From an uncultured virus (IMG/VR IMGVR_UViG_3300007346_007557) (lineage: Duplodnaviria > Heunggongvirae > Uroviricota > Caudoviricetes), in IMG/VR virus record IMGVR_UViG_3300007346_007557: a stretch of DNA of 64,000 nt; one strand, 5' to 3'. Of this stretch, positions 1 through 9,699 are shown in pieces. The number at the start of each line of letters is the position of its first letter. Within the stretch, counting starts at the first letter, position 1. The notes below the pieces were generated by a model. The model searched no databases and was not told the origin of the DNA. It saw nothing but the letters and a program-made list of their open reading frames with translations. The position numbers were made by a program, and so were the translations under genes.

Positions 1-288
1 ATTGTGTTAAATGATTTATATTCAAAACATAATTTTAGTGCGTTTATAATTAAGAAATTTTTAAAATATCATTTTGACGAAACTTATTATTTAGATATGT
101 ATCAATGTTGGTTTGAAAAACTTAAATCTTTTAATAATTGTGTACACATAAAACATTTAAATATACCTATTGATGTAGATATAGACTTTCATAAGTATTG
201 GCTAAGTAATCGAGGATTTATAAATCATTACAATAGTCTTGGTAATCAACATATTTTTGAAATACTGGATGAACATTTAAAAGGTTAG
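1..288 (+). CDS. 3' part of a hypothetical protein entering from outside the window, possibly an SGNH-hydrolase-like C-terminus
   Basis: Frame is open from the window edge. It ends NHYNSLGNQHIF, resembling the H-x4-G-N helix at the end of SGNH/GDSL proteins. It overlaps the convergent radical SAM gene by 71 nt. Confidence 0.45.
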   Translation: MVLNDLYSKHNFSAFIIKKFLKYHFDETYYLDMYQCWFEKLKSFNNCVHIKHLNIPIDVDIDFHKYWLSNRGFINHYNSLGNQHIFEILDEHLKG

Positions 289-1291
289 TTTTTCTACTTT
301 TATCTAAAATTTTATTTACTTTAAAAAATTCTTCTAAATTTGTGTATTCATTTGTACATTCAATTTTAATTAATTTTGAAAGCCTATCGTTTGAAATTTG
401 TTTTAAAATTTGCTCTGCCTCGTATTTACTCCATTGACCTGTGCGTAAATATTTAGGTAAATTAACCGTGTCAAAATGCACATTCCAATTTGGAAAATTA
501 TTTTTTATAAAATTTAATATTTCTGGCATTCTGTGTAAATTTAATGCATTTAATACAACATGAAATGTCAATATAAAATTATATTCATTTAATTTATTAC
601 AGGTGTTTATAACTTGTTCAAAGTTTCCACCTGTTCTAAAATATTCAAATCCTTCAAATACATCATCTAAACTTACACTTACTATAACATTTTTTGCACG
701 TTTCCAAATATCTAATATTTCTTTTTTTGGCAGCACACTTCCATTTGTTGTATATTCAAATGTAACTTGTTCAACATTTTTTATTCTTAACAATAATTCA
801 TCGTGAGATTTATTAAGTAATGGTTCACCACCTAAAAATTTGTAGTATTTTATATCATCTAGGTTATTAATCTTTTCAATATCAAATACAACTAATTTTT
901 TATTAGGCAAAGGTCTACCTAACAATTTATCGTCTTCATACCATTTACTACTACTAAAACTATTACAATGTCTACAAGAATAATTACAATGGTTACTAAA
1001 TGCAAGTTCTATACTTTGTAATTTTGATTTCCATTTGCCTTTAGACGAAAATTGTTGCCGCATACTTTCTACATTGGCATCTTCATCATGCCAACACTTC
1101 CTGCAACCGTCAATCTTTATACCATCCTGTAACTGAGATCGTATTTCTCCTATCCAAGGTCCATTAAAAATATTATGTAAATTATCATCTGCAATATTAG
1201 GACCTTCAGTTTTTTTGTAACGAGTACAAGGTAATACTCTGCCAGAAGTAGTAACAGCAACGTGATTTTCACTTAGCCAACAGCGTGTCAT
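218..1291 (-). CDS. Radical SAM protein with N-terminal Twitch/SPASM-like Cys domain
   Basis: CNYSCRHC (CxxxCxxC), GGEPLL, TTNGS, SLDD; N-terminal C..GRVLPC..GCRKCW. Confidence 0.9.
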   Translation of the reverse strand: MTRCWLSENHVAVTTSGRVLPCTRYKKTEGPNIADDNLHNIFNGPWIGEIRSQLQDGIKIDGCRKCWHDEDANVESMRQQFSSKGKWKSKLQSIELAFSNHCNYSCRHCNSFSSSKWYEDDKLLGRPLPNKKLVVFDIEKINNLDDIKYYKFLGGEPLLNKSHDELLLRIKNVEQVTFEYTTNGSVLPKKEILDIWKRAKNVIVSVSLDDVFEGFEYFRTGGNFEQVINTCNKLNEYNFILTFHVVLNALNLHRMPEILNFIKNNFPNWNVHFDTVNLPKYLRTGQWSKYEAEQILKQISNDRLSKLIKIECTNEYTNLEEFFKVNKILDKSRKTNLLNVHPVFQKYVDYQDYCNDL

Positions 1292-2433
1292 AGATATCTC
1301 TCAAAATAAGGATGAACATCAAGTAAATGTGTATTTCTACTTTTGTCTAGTAATTGGTTTGTTTCAAGTAATCTTGTAAAGTTGCATTTATCACTAGTAC
1401 AAGACGCTTTTAATAATTTTACAATTTTACTTATGTTACGTTTTTTATGATCATTTAACAAACTATCTAACGGTATGCTTTTATCTATTTCTTGAAGTTT
1501 ATATATTTGGTGTCCAGCATGTTGATGACTCCACTGCGAAATATCTAAGTATGCAGGATGTATAATTTTATCAAATGTAAAATGCCAATTAGGAAAATTG
1601 TCTAACATAAACTGCACAATTTCATCTAGGTTATACAAATTTAATACATTAATACAACAATGTATATTACACCACATGTAATGGTGCTGTTGACGTAGTT
1701 CTTCAAACTTATGCATAGTATCTTGTATTGTGTTAAAGTTGCTATCTGTTCTAAAATAATCGCTTCTATCAAATATGTCATCAAGGCTTACAATTATGTG
1801 TAAACTTTTTGCACGTTTCCATAATTCTACAATTTCGTCGTCTGGCCATATACTACCGTTTGTAACATATTCTAAATTTATATTTTCAATGTCTATACTT
1901 TGTAATAATTTTTTATGTTGTTTACTAAGCAGAGGTTCGCCTCCAAGCATTTTTATGTGTTCTAAGTTTACAAGTTTATCTAATTCTAAACTTTCTACAT
2001 CTGGTTCAAGCAGTAATCGTTCTGGTACAGGATTACCCAGCATTATATCATCTTCTTTCCAACGACTACTATTAAAAGTATTGCAATGTCTACATTTGTA
2101 ATTGCAATGATTACTAAATGCAATTTCTAAACTATGTATTTTTTCATATGTTGAATAATTTTCTAATAAAGAAAAGTCACGTTCTTTATTATACTGAACA
2201 CGCATACTTAAAATGTTGTTTTCTTCCTGCATCCAACATTTACTACAACGTTTGTGTTTATTACCATTACGTAAACTATTTCTTAGTTCTTCAAGTTCTT
2301 CATTTTGGAATATATTTTTTATTTTATCATCAAAATTAACATTCCATTTGTTCTGCTTGAATCTACAGCAAGGTAAAACTTTGCCTACAGGAGTAATTGC
2401 TAAGTGTGTTTCGCTTAACCAACATCTACTCAA
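1288..2433 (-). CDS. Radical SAM protein with N-terminal Twitch/SPASM-like domain; close paralog of 218..1291
   Basis: CNYKCRHC, GGEPLL, VTNGS; N-terminal C..GKVLPCC..CSKCW. Confidence 0.9.
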   Translation of the reverse strand: MSRCWLSETHLAITPVGKVLPCCRFKQNKWNVNFDDKIKNIFQNEELEELRNSLRNGNKHKRCSKCWMQEENNILSMRVQYNKERDFSLLENYSTYEKIHSLEIAFSNHCNYKCRHCNTFNSSRWKEDDIMLGNPVPERLLLEPDVESLELDKLVNLEHIKMLGGEPLLSKQHKKLLQSIDIENINLEYVTNGSIWPDDEIVELWKRAKSLHIIVSLDDIFDRSDYFRTDSNFNTIQDTMHKFEELRQQHHYMWCNIHCCINVLNLYNLDEIVQFMLDNFPNWHFTFDKIIHPAYLDISQWSHQHAGHQIYKLQEIDKSIPLDSLLNDHKKRNISKIVKLLKASCTSDKCNFTRLLETNQLLDKSRNTHLLDVHPYFERYL

Positions 2434-3418
2434 TTTTGTTATATCCTTGACAACTTACACATCGAACAATTTCTTTATCTTTCCATTTTTTTGGTAATAT
2501 ATCTGTATAATATGTATTATTAAGAATTTCTTGTAATTTATTTTTGTTAATAGAATTAAATTTCCATAAATCTGTAAGTCTTTCTTTGCGTTCCATATTA
2601 CCAAAGATATCTAATGTAAAGTAACAGCAAGGATATATTCTTCCATACATGTCTATTTGTACTCTATTATCTTGTGCCCACGGACAAACACTTTTGCTTT
2701 TTATAAAATCTACTTGTACGTCAGGTTGAAAGTTAAAACGATCTGACAAATCTTTAACAACATTTTTTTCTGGTGCAGTTATAGTTTGTGCAGGAAAATC
2801 TTTATATAGTTTCATTTCAATTGTTTTTGAAATACTACGATTTAATTTAAATTCTTTAAAACCATATTCTTTTGCTAGTTTTGCTGCCTGCTCTACTTGA
2901 TCTATATTATGATCAAAAACAATGTAACGCCATACAGCATACCCGCCGGCATCAATAAAACTTTTTGCATTGCTAATTACATTATTAAAATTTACACCTC
3001 TGCGATATTGCGGTGCAGTATCCTCTAAACCATCTACTCCAAAAGTTATATTGTGCAAAGCAAACTTGTTTAAAACTTTGCTAAGTTGTTTATAAAATTC
3101 TGGAGTTCTCGCACCGCCATTAGTGTGTATACTTACAAACATTTTATCTTTAACTTGTGCTAAGTGTTCTAAAAATTCTAGCAATAATGGATGCATTGTT
3201 GCATCACCGTAATTTCCATTAAAAATAATTTGTTTAATATTTCTTAAATTATCTTCTGTAGCTAGTTTAAACCATGTAGCTGGTTGCATATGATGTAGTT
3301 CCAACCGTGGATGATTTTCGCCACCTTGAACATTTCTACTGCATTCGCCGCAAAAGCTGTTGCAATAGCTAGTAACATCAATAGCCAAAGATGTTGTTGT
3401 TTCAAAAGAAAAACTCAT
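2426..3418 (-). CDS. Radical SAM protein with C-terminal SPASM/Twitch domain
   Basis: CNSFCGEC near the N-terminus, GNYGD, HTNGG, GVDG; C-terminal CPW..GRIYPCC..CVSC. Confidence 0.9.
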   Translation of the reverse strand: MSFSFETTTSLAIDVTSYCNSFCGECSRNVQGGENHPRLELHHMQPATWFKLATEDNLRNIKQIIFNGNYGDATMHPLLLEFLEHLAQVKDKMFVSIHTNGGARTPEFYKQLSKVLNKFALHNITFGVDGLEDTAPQYRRGVNFNNVISNAKSFIDAGGYAVWRYIVFDHNIDQVEQAAKLAKEYGFKEFKLNRSISKTIEMKLYKDFPAQTITAPEKNVVKDLSDRFNFQPDVQVDFIKSKSVCPWAQDNRVQIDMYGRIYPCCYFTLDIFGNMERKERLTDLWKFNSINKNKLQEILNNTYYTDILPKKWKDKEIVRCVSCQGYNKIE

Positions 3419-4731
3419 AGATATTTTCCAAGACTTGGCACTACTTCTATTATACTTTCGTTTCTAATTTTGTCAAGTGAGTAGGTATAATTTAAAAATT
3501 CATCCCATTGTTCATTATACGACTCGCTATTCATATAATTACAAACACCATTTTTAACACTCTCTGCAGCAATAACATATTTCCTATCATAATTTTTTTC
3601 CGCAACCCAAAGAACAAAATCTTCAAATTTTTGTGTTATTTCTTGTTTGTATTCGTCTGGTAATACTCTTATGTTCAAATGGGGAGGGTTGTGTGCTACA
3701 TGATATGTAATAATAGGCTTAATAGCACTACTATTAATTTTTACAAAATTACTTTTTTCTAATTTCCATTTCATAAAATCAATCATATGTTCTACATTAT
3801 ATGCAGTAACGGTAAACGCTATCCATGCTTTAATATTTTTTGGAAGTTCGTCAATGGTTTTTAAATTTTTTAAAACTTTTGTCCATTTTACTGGATGCCT
3901 TTGATATTCTAATACAGAACCCATGCCGTCGATACTAACACCTAATCTAACTTCCTTAAATTGTGTCCATAGTTTTACAACTCTAGGTGGCAAGGTTGTT
4001 CCATTAGTATTATATTCTAACATAATTTTTTCTGCGTAGCCGCTATCAATACATTTTTGTAAAAATTCGTAATGACGCTCAATCAACATTGGTTCGCCAC
4101 CTGCAAAATAAACATGCTCCATGTATTCAATGTTGTTTTCTAGTTGTGTCCAAAACATTTCGCTACTTGGCCAATCAAAATCAGCAGCGCAAAGTTTGCC
4201 ATTTACTTCTTCTATAGTAATTTCGCCGCTAGTATCTCTAAAAGTATTTTTTCCAGTTAATTTAAGCCAATCTTCAAACCATGCATTACTATCACTAGGT
4301 CCGCACATTCTACATTTCAAATTACAAAAGTTGCCAAAACGTAAATCATAGTAACGTGTAGGAGATTTATTTACATCAATACTTCCATCTGGTTTTGTAC
4401 TTTTAAGTGCGTCTACGATACTAAATTTCCACTGAACACGTTCGTATTGTCTTCTACTTGTAAGTTTATTTTCTTCTTCTTGCCTACATCTGCCACACTC
4501 ATCGCTCCATTTACTGCTTAACATGTTCTTGCGTATGTCTTTCATTAATTGAGCATTACGTGCTTCGCTTAGGTCGTCTACGCCGGCATTGTAAGCTGTG
4601 CCGTCTTCTTTCCGTACAACACCTCTATTTTTTGTTACATTTGCTTGACAACAAACACGTATATCACCGTTGCTGCGCACAGCTTGAAATATCCAAGGTA
4701 TAGGGCAAAATGTTTTTTCACCTTTTATCAT
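3415..4731 (-). CDS. Radical SAM protein with N-terminal Twitch/SPASM-like domain
   Basis: FCPIPW..GDIRVCC..CGRC; CNLKCRMC; AGGEP; NTNGT; SIDG. Confidence 0.92.
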   Translation of the reverse strand: MIKGEKTFCPIPWIFQAVRSNGDIRVCCQANVTKNRGVVRKEDGTAYNAGVDDLSEARNAQLMKDIRKNMLSSKWSDECGRCRQEEENKLTSRRQYERVQWKFSIVDALKSTKPDGSIDVNKSPTRYYDLRFGNFCNLKCRMCGPSDSNAWFEDWLKLTGKNTFRDTSGEITIEEVNGKLCAADFDWPSSEMFWTQLENNIEYMEHVYFAGGEPMLIERHYEFLQKCIDSGYAEKIMLEYNTNGTTLPPRVVKLWTQFKEVRLGVSIDGMGSVLEYQRHPVKWTKVLKNLKTIDELPKNIKAWIAFTVTAYNVEHMIDFMKWKLEKSNFVKINSSAIKPIITYHVAHNPPHLNIRVLPDEYKQEITQKFEDFVLWVAEKNYDRKYVIAAESVKNGVCNYMNSESYNEQWDEFLNYTYSLDKIRNESIIEVVPSLGKYL

Positions 4732-5879
4732 TAAAATATCTCCGGTACAATATACGGTTCAATCATATTCCATAGTTCTGTATTGTGTGTAAGCCAATGT
4801 TCTTTTCTTATCTTATTAAATTCAGCATCATTGCGCACAAACATGCCAAAATCACCGGGCTGTTCCAATTCATTTAACAACTTTTTCCATATACTTAAAT
4901 TTCTATATTCATACTTTTGTTGTTGCATAGTAATTATATCATAAATTTTTGGTTTTACTTTATCTGGTAAATTTTTTACAGCCATCCAAGTAGGACCGTC
5001 TAGCATGTCTATTTTTAAATCTGCTTCTACACTATCTGCATAATCAATTAATTTATCAAGCACATTAACATTATAAAAACTACACACACTATCTATGCCA
5101 AATGGCTTATCAATTTTACTTACTAAGTTTTCTTTATACCAAAGAAGATTAGAATTTACATTTTTCCATACACTATCTTTACGTAAAAATTCATTTAATG
5201 AACCATATGCATCAATACTTAAATGTAAACTTACATTTTCACATTGTAGTAACAAATCTAAAAGTTCTTTATTAGGAACTAAACTACCATTTGTAACTAA
5301 TAAAATACCTAATTTAGGAAGATTACATTTCTTAAGTATTTTTATAAATTGTTCTTGCTCCATCAAAGGCTCGCCGCCGATTAGTTTTATGAAACGTAAA
5401 TCGGTTAAATCATAATTTTCAATAATACTATTTTTTGCTACAACACCTCTTGGTATTTGATATCCTAATTTTTTAGCATCACTATACCAATGTGTGCTGA
5501 GATCAGGACCGCACATTCTACATTTGTTGTTGCATTTGTTACTAAATGCTAAATCTATGTTTGTAAGTTTTTCCGTATTACCACGTTCAGGAGGAAATGG
5601 TAATCCAAATTCCCAACTTTGATTCATACGTGTACGCATACTGCTACCACTTAATTCTTCATCTTTGTAACAGCCTACACATCCATCTACATAAGCGTCT
5701 TCACGCATTTGTTGTCTTATATATTTTAGGTAAGGATGATTAAATGGATCTGGATGACTAATGTTTAAATCTTTAGGAACAACTTCTTGCCTAAAATAAC
5801 AACACGGAAATATTTGTCCATCAGGACGTATTGCCATATGATGAAATGGCAAATCACATCCATGTTTACGAAGCGTCAT
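4731..5879 (-). CDS. Radical SAM protein with N-terminal Twitch/SPASM-like domain
   Basis: CDLPF..GQIFPCC..CVGC; CNNKCRMC; GGEP; TNGS. Start moved to ATG 5879, which has GGAG upstream, from the track's 5918. Confidence 0.9.
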   Translation of the reverse strand: MTLRKHGCDLPFHHMAIRPDGQIFPCCYFRQEVVPKDLNISHPDPFNHPYLKYIRQQMREDAYVDGCVGCYKDEELSGSSMRTRMNQSWEFGLPFPPERGNTEKLTNIDLAFSNKCNNKCRMCGPDLSTHWYSDAKKLGYQIPRGVVAKNSIIENYDLTDLRFIKLIGGEPLMEQEQFIKILKKCNLPKLGILLVTNGSLVPNKELLDLLLQCENVSLHLSIDAYGSLNEFLRKDSVWKNVNSNLLWYKENLVSKIDKPFGIDSVCSFYNVNVLDKLIDYADSVEADLKIDMLDGPTWMAVKNLPDKVKPKIYDIITMQQQKYEYRNLSIWKKLLNELEQPGDFGMFVRNDAEFNKIRKEHWLTHNTELWNMIEPYIVPEIF

Positions 5880-6426
5880 ACCAAATCTCCGGTTGCATAG
5901 GATCAATACTAAGTTCATTTATATTCAAATGTTTAGGTTGATCAACTATCCATTTAATGTATTCAGCAGCAACATCAATATCCATACACTTTCTGTCAGG
6001 GTGCTTTTCTTGATTATTACTAAGTGTACCAAAACTAATGTAAGTTACTTTTGGACCACTTGCCCAAACACCAGTTAACCCTAATGTATTTGAATAATCA
6101 CGCAACGCTTTCTTTTCCGCATTGTACAACCACGCTCCGCCTTTTTTTACACGATCAGTTGTACTACCAATATTAATAATATGACAATTATGTTTTTCTA
6201 AAATGCATTTTTTGTAAACAATATCTAATAAACTTGTTTGTGTAAATCTAAATAATGCACTACAATTAACAAAAACATCATGACGTAACACAGCTTCAGC
6301 ACAACGTTCCATGTCAAGTTTTTTACCAAAGTCGTAACCTGTATCTCTACTAATAAATTCAGCGTCTGGATATAGTTTAGCAAGTGCTCCTGCTACTCCT
6401 ACGTCTTTATTACCTGTTATAATCAT
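5866..6426 (-). CDS. Short-chain dehydrogenase/reductase (SDR)-like oxidoreductase
   Basis: N-terminal IITG..GV Rossmann start, VNCS, IINIGS, catalytic YxxxK (YNAEK). Confidence 0.8.
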   Translation of the reverse strand: MIITGNKDVGVAGALAKLYPDAEFISRDTGYDFGKKLDMERCAEAVLRHDVFVNCSALFRFTQTSLLDIVYKKCILEKHNCHIINIGSTTDRVKKGGAWLYNAEKKALRDYSNTLGLTGVWASGPKVTYISFGTLSNNQEKHPDRKCMDIDVAAEYIKWIVDQPKHLNINELSIDPMQPEIWYDAS

Positions 6427-7564
6427 TCATTACCCCTAACTCAATATGATTGCCTAGTACATCAAAAAATCTATCTTGTTGCATACTTTTTGGCGCACAC
6501 AATCCGCAGCCACAAGTTTGTTTAGGACAAACAATTGTAGGCAATGAGTTGCTTTCCATTTGTTTTTTTAAGTCAGCAATTAATTTTTTTCCTTCACTGA
6601 TACGTCCTATAGATCCACGCTTACCGTCAAAACGTGCTTGACATGTTTGATGATGATATATTTGATCTGTTTGTTGTTCTAAATGCAAAAAGAACCAGTT
6701 CACACTGCAATTCCAACCTTTGAATTCTCTAAAGTCTACAAAGTTGCTTTTGCGTGACTCACTGCCGTTGTGTAACAACATGTCTCTACTGCCACAACAG
6801 GGTCTTCCAATGCTGTTGCCCAATTTTTTTGCATTTTTTACCACATCACCAGCAGCACTATTAGCATATGTTGCATCATTTTTTTGTTTCCAGTAGTTTT
6901 TCATCCATGCTAATTGTTCTTCGCTATACTTATGTGCAAATGTAGGTTTACTATCTGGCTCTTCACCTATTACTCTTGGTACAAAATCAACATTATGCTT
7001 CTGTAAAAACTCAACAAGTTCAACACATTCATCAAAATATTCAGCATGAAACATAACATTTACACTACAAGTAAAGTCGAGCATATCTCCTTGATAATGA
7101 AATTGTAAAATTCTATCTTTAACTTGTTCTTTGAGCTTATCATCGCTTTCTGCATGATAACTTACCGTTGCATGACCAAAATTGTTCATTACAGCATAAC
7201 CCATTTTTTCACTCATAGCACCATTTGTTGTCAGTGCAAATCCAGCTTCCCATTTATCTGAGTATTTCTTTTCGTATGTATCTCGTAAATATTGCGCAAA
7301 TGGTATAAAATTAGGATTAACCGTTGGTTCGCCTCCTGTAAATCCAAAATTTGCTTCTTTAAAATTCCTATACGTCATATACAAGTCAACATATTCAAAC
7401 AAAAAGTCAACATTGTTTTTTAATTCTTCTAAAGTTGCATGTTTGCTAAAATTATCGTGTCTATGCGCTGGACAATATGTGCAATCATAATTGCATCTAC
7501 GTCCAGTATCCCATGTAACTTGAAAAACTTTGCCTGTTAACAGGTCAATTGTATCAAAACTCAT
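6410..7564 (-). CDS. Radical SAM protein with Cys-rich C-terminal extension
   Basis: CNYDCTYC, TGGEP, TTNG, SYH; C-terminal PCCG..CSVNW..CQA..CPKQTCGCGLC. Confidence 0.9.
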   Translation of the reverse strand: MSFDTIDLLTGKVFQVTWDTGRRCNYDCTYCPAHRHDNFSKHATLEELKNNVDFLFEYVDLYMTYRNFKEANFGFTGGEPTVNPNFIPFAQYLRDTYEKKYSDKWEAGFALTTNGAMSEKMGYAVMNNFGHATVSYHAESDDKLKEQVKDRILQFHYQGDMLDFTCSVNVMFHAEYFDECVELVEFLQKHNVDFVPRVIGEEPDSKPTFAHKYSEEQLAWMKNYWKQKNDATYANSAAGDVVKNAKKLGNSIGRPCCGSRDMLLHNGSESRKSNFVDFREFKGWNCSVNWFFLHLEQQTDQIYHHQTCQARFDGKRGSIGRISEGKKLIADLKKQMESNSLPTIVCPKQTCGCGLCAPKSMQQDRFFDVLGNHIELGVMNDYNR

Positions 7565-8378
7565 TTATTTCCTTAATTGTTTCTACAACTTTTCTTTCTG
7601 CCCATGCTCTTTCCTCGCACCACCAACATTGTGTACAAATAGGAATAGTCATTCCTTCTTTATAATCCTTAAAATGGCTACATGCCTCTTTAACATTGTC
7701 ATGATGATTGATATCTCCTTCACAACTTCTTGTAAGTCTGTATAAATCACCAATATTAAAAATGTAGTATTGAGCAACTATCCAATCTTTTTTTACAAAT
7801 CTAAAAGGATGCACAAATATACTTTCGGCCTTTTTACTTTGCATCCATAAATCAGTAATGTTTCCGTCTTCGGCATCTTTATCTCTATTTGTCATACGAT
7901 CTTCACGTAAATCATCAGGATTTTTACTAGTAGCATTGTATACAGCATCTAAGTTATACTGCCATGCAGCAAACTTATTGTAACTTCCTACAATAATTTG
8001 ATCACCACTACGTCCGTCAACAATTGGTCCTATAACTCCATGCTCTAATTCGGGTGGAATATAACATAAATGTCTTTCTTGTATAATATTAGGAAATCTA
8101 TTTGCTAACCATGTGTAAACTTGATGTGCTATGTATCCTTGCCAAGGTCTAGTTTCCCAACAACGTTGATATGTAATAATATCAATTTTTGTATCAAGTT
8201 CGTTAGTATCAATAATTGTGCATAACAAAAAGGTAAGCAATGCACTATCAGCACCACCACTTAGATTGACGCCAATTTTATTCCAATTTTTATCAAAAGG
8301 AATAATTAAATTTGAAAATTCAGATAATAAAATATCTTTAGGCACATTTTGATACATGCTATTGTTAACTTTAAACAT
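7554..8378 (-). CDS. QueC-like PP-loop ATP pyrophosphatase (adenine nucleotide alpha-hydrolase)
   Basis: LSGGADS PP-loop; C-terminal TRSC..CTQCWWCEER matches the QueC-type Zn-binding pattern C..CxxCxxCxxR. Confidence 0.75.
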   Translation of the reverse strand: MFKVNNSMYQNVPKDILLSEFSNLIIPFDKNWNKIGVNLSGGADSALLTFLLCTIIDTNELDTKIDIITYQRCWETRPWQGYIAHQVYTWLANRFPNIIQERHLCYIPPELEHGVIGPIVDGRSGDQIIVGSYNKFAAWQYNLDAVYNATSKNPDDLREDRMTNRDKDAEDGNITDLWMQSKKAESIFVHPFRFVKKDWIVAQYYIFNIGDLYRLTRSCEGDINHHDNVKEACSHFKDYKEGMTIPICTQCWWCEERAWAERKVVETIKEINEF

Positions 8379-9699
8379 TTGCTACAATATCTCCATCTAA
8401 AAATTTATAATTTTCAAAATAATTATTAAAATCTTGTTTCCATATCACGTCAGTTTTTTCTATATACTTACAAAAACTTTTCCAATGACTACGTTTAGCC
8501 GAATAATTGAGAATATACTTACGTATATCTTCTAATGCACGAATAGCACTTAATATATCTTGCCATACGTGTATATTTAAAACATCATCCCAATAATATG
8601 ATTCTAACTTTTTAGTATTTTCTAAATCTAATTCTCTCTGCTTTTGCAAATCAAAAATTGAATTACGTGTATTTTCAATGTCATTTAGAACTTTACTTCT
8701 AAATTTTAGCATCATAACAGCAGGATTAAGATAGAAGGGTGTGTATATAATACTTGCATCTATAAAATTACAATTTAAATCCAAGAAATTTAAAAAAGCA
8801 TCTTTTATTTCCATTAATTGATATGTACCTGTAGTACACACAACATTCATTTCTGTGTGTCCTTGATTGACTTCTCTAAATTTATCAATATTGCGTTTTA
8901 ATACGTCCCAATCACCGTCTCTAAAATACGAATAGATACGTGGCCCTGCATCAATACTCATCATAATATGTGCATATCCAAACTTTCTCAAAGCATCACT
9001 TAATTTTACAGGATCAAAATCAGCATTAAAGTTACTATGAAAAATAATTTTAATATTTTTTGCATTAGGGTGTTGAGCTAATCTTTCTAATGTTGGAAAA
9101 AATTGTTTTTGATACAATACTTCGCCGCCTGCAAAATCAACACGTTCTAAATTAGGAAAATTAGCATTCAAGTCATCGACAATTTCTAACGCTCTAGGCA
9201 AAGATAGTTGCATAGTCAGATCATCATTTGTATCTTGTCTATGCATCTTACCGGCTAATTGTAATAAATCATATTTTTCAACTTCTTCGTCAGGTGTATA
9301 TCTTTTGAGTTTACTTAACCAGCCACTGCTAAACACTTGACTGCAATGCAAACAAGCCATATTACAACTATGACTGAAACGTATTTCTACGGTTTTTAAA
9401 CCTTCAAAACTACTTTCTCCAGTTTCTTTGTTATAAAAAGAAGTGTCAGCATCTAACTGCTGTCTCATACTTTTACCAGCATTTACATGTTCAACATGCT
9501 CACACATATCACAGCCTTTACTCCATTTTCCTGACATCATTTCAAGTCTGTGTTTTTTAAAATACTCGTTATTAAATATTTCAGACGGTAAATAGGCTTC
9601 ATCCATAATTTGCATTTTTTCATGCTGTTGTGGACAACTTGTTACAAATCCATTTTTATAATTTAAACCACCTAATGTGTAATAGCAATCGAGACTCAT
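8371..9699 (-). CDS. Radical SAM protein with N-terminal Twitch-like domain
   Basis: C..TSC..GCDMC; CNMACLHC; AGGE; SIDA. Confidence 0.88.
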   Translation of the reverse strand: MSLDCYYTLGGLNYKNGFVTSCPQQHEKMQIMDEAYLPSEIFNNEYFKKHRLEMMSGKWSKGCDMCEHVEHVNAGKSMRQQLDADTSFYNKETGESSFEGLKTVEIRFSHSCNMACLHCSQVFSSGWLSKLKRYTPDEEVEKYDLLQLAGKMHRQDTNDDLTMQLSLPRALEIVDDLNANFPNLERVDFAGGEVLYQKQFFPTLERLAQHPNAKNIKIIFHSNFNADFDPVKLSDALRKFGYAHIMMSIDAGPRIYSYFRDGDWDVLKRNIDKFREVNQGHTEMNVVCTTGTYQLMEIKDAFLNFLDLNCNFIDASIIYTPFYLNPAVMMLKFRSKVLNDIENTRNSIFDLQKQRELDLENTKKLESYYWDDVLNIHVWQDILSAIRALEDIRKYILNYSAKRSHWKSFCKYIEKTDVIWKQDFNNYFENYKFLDGDIVANV

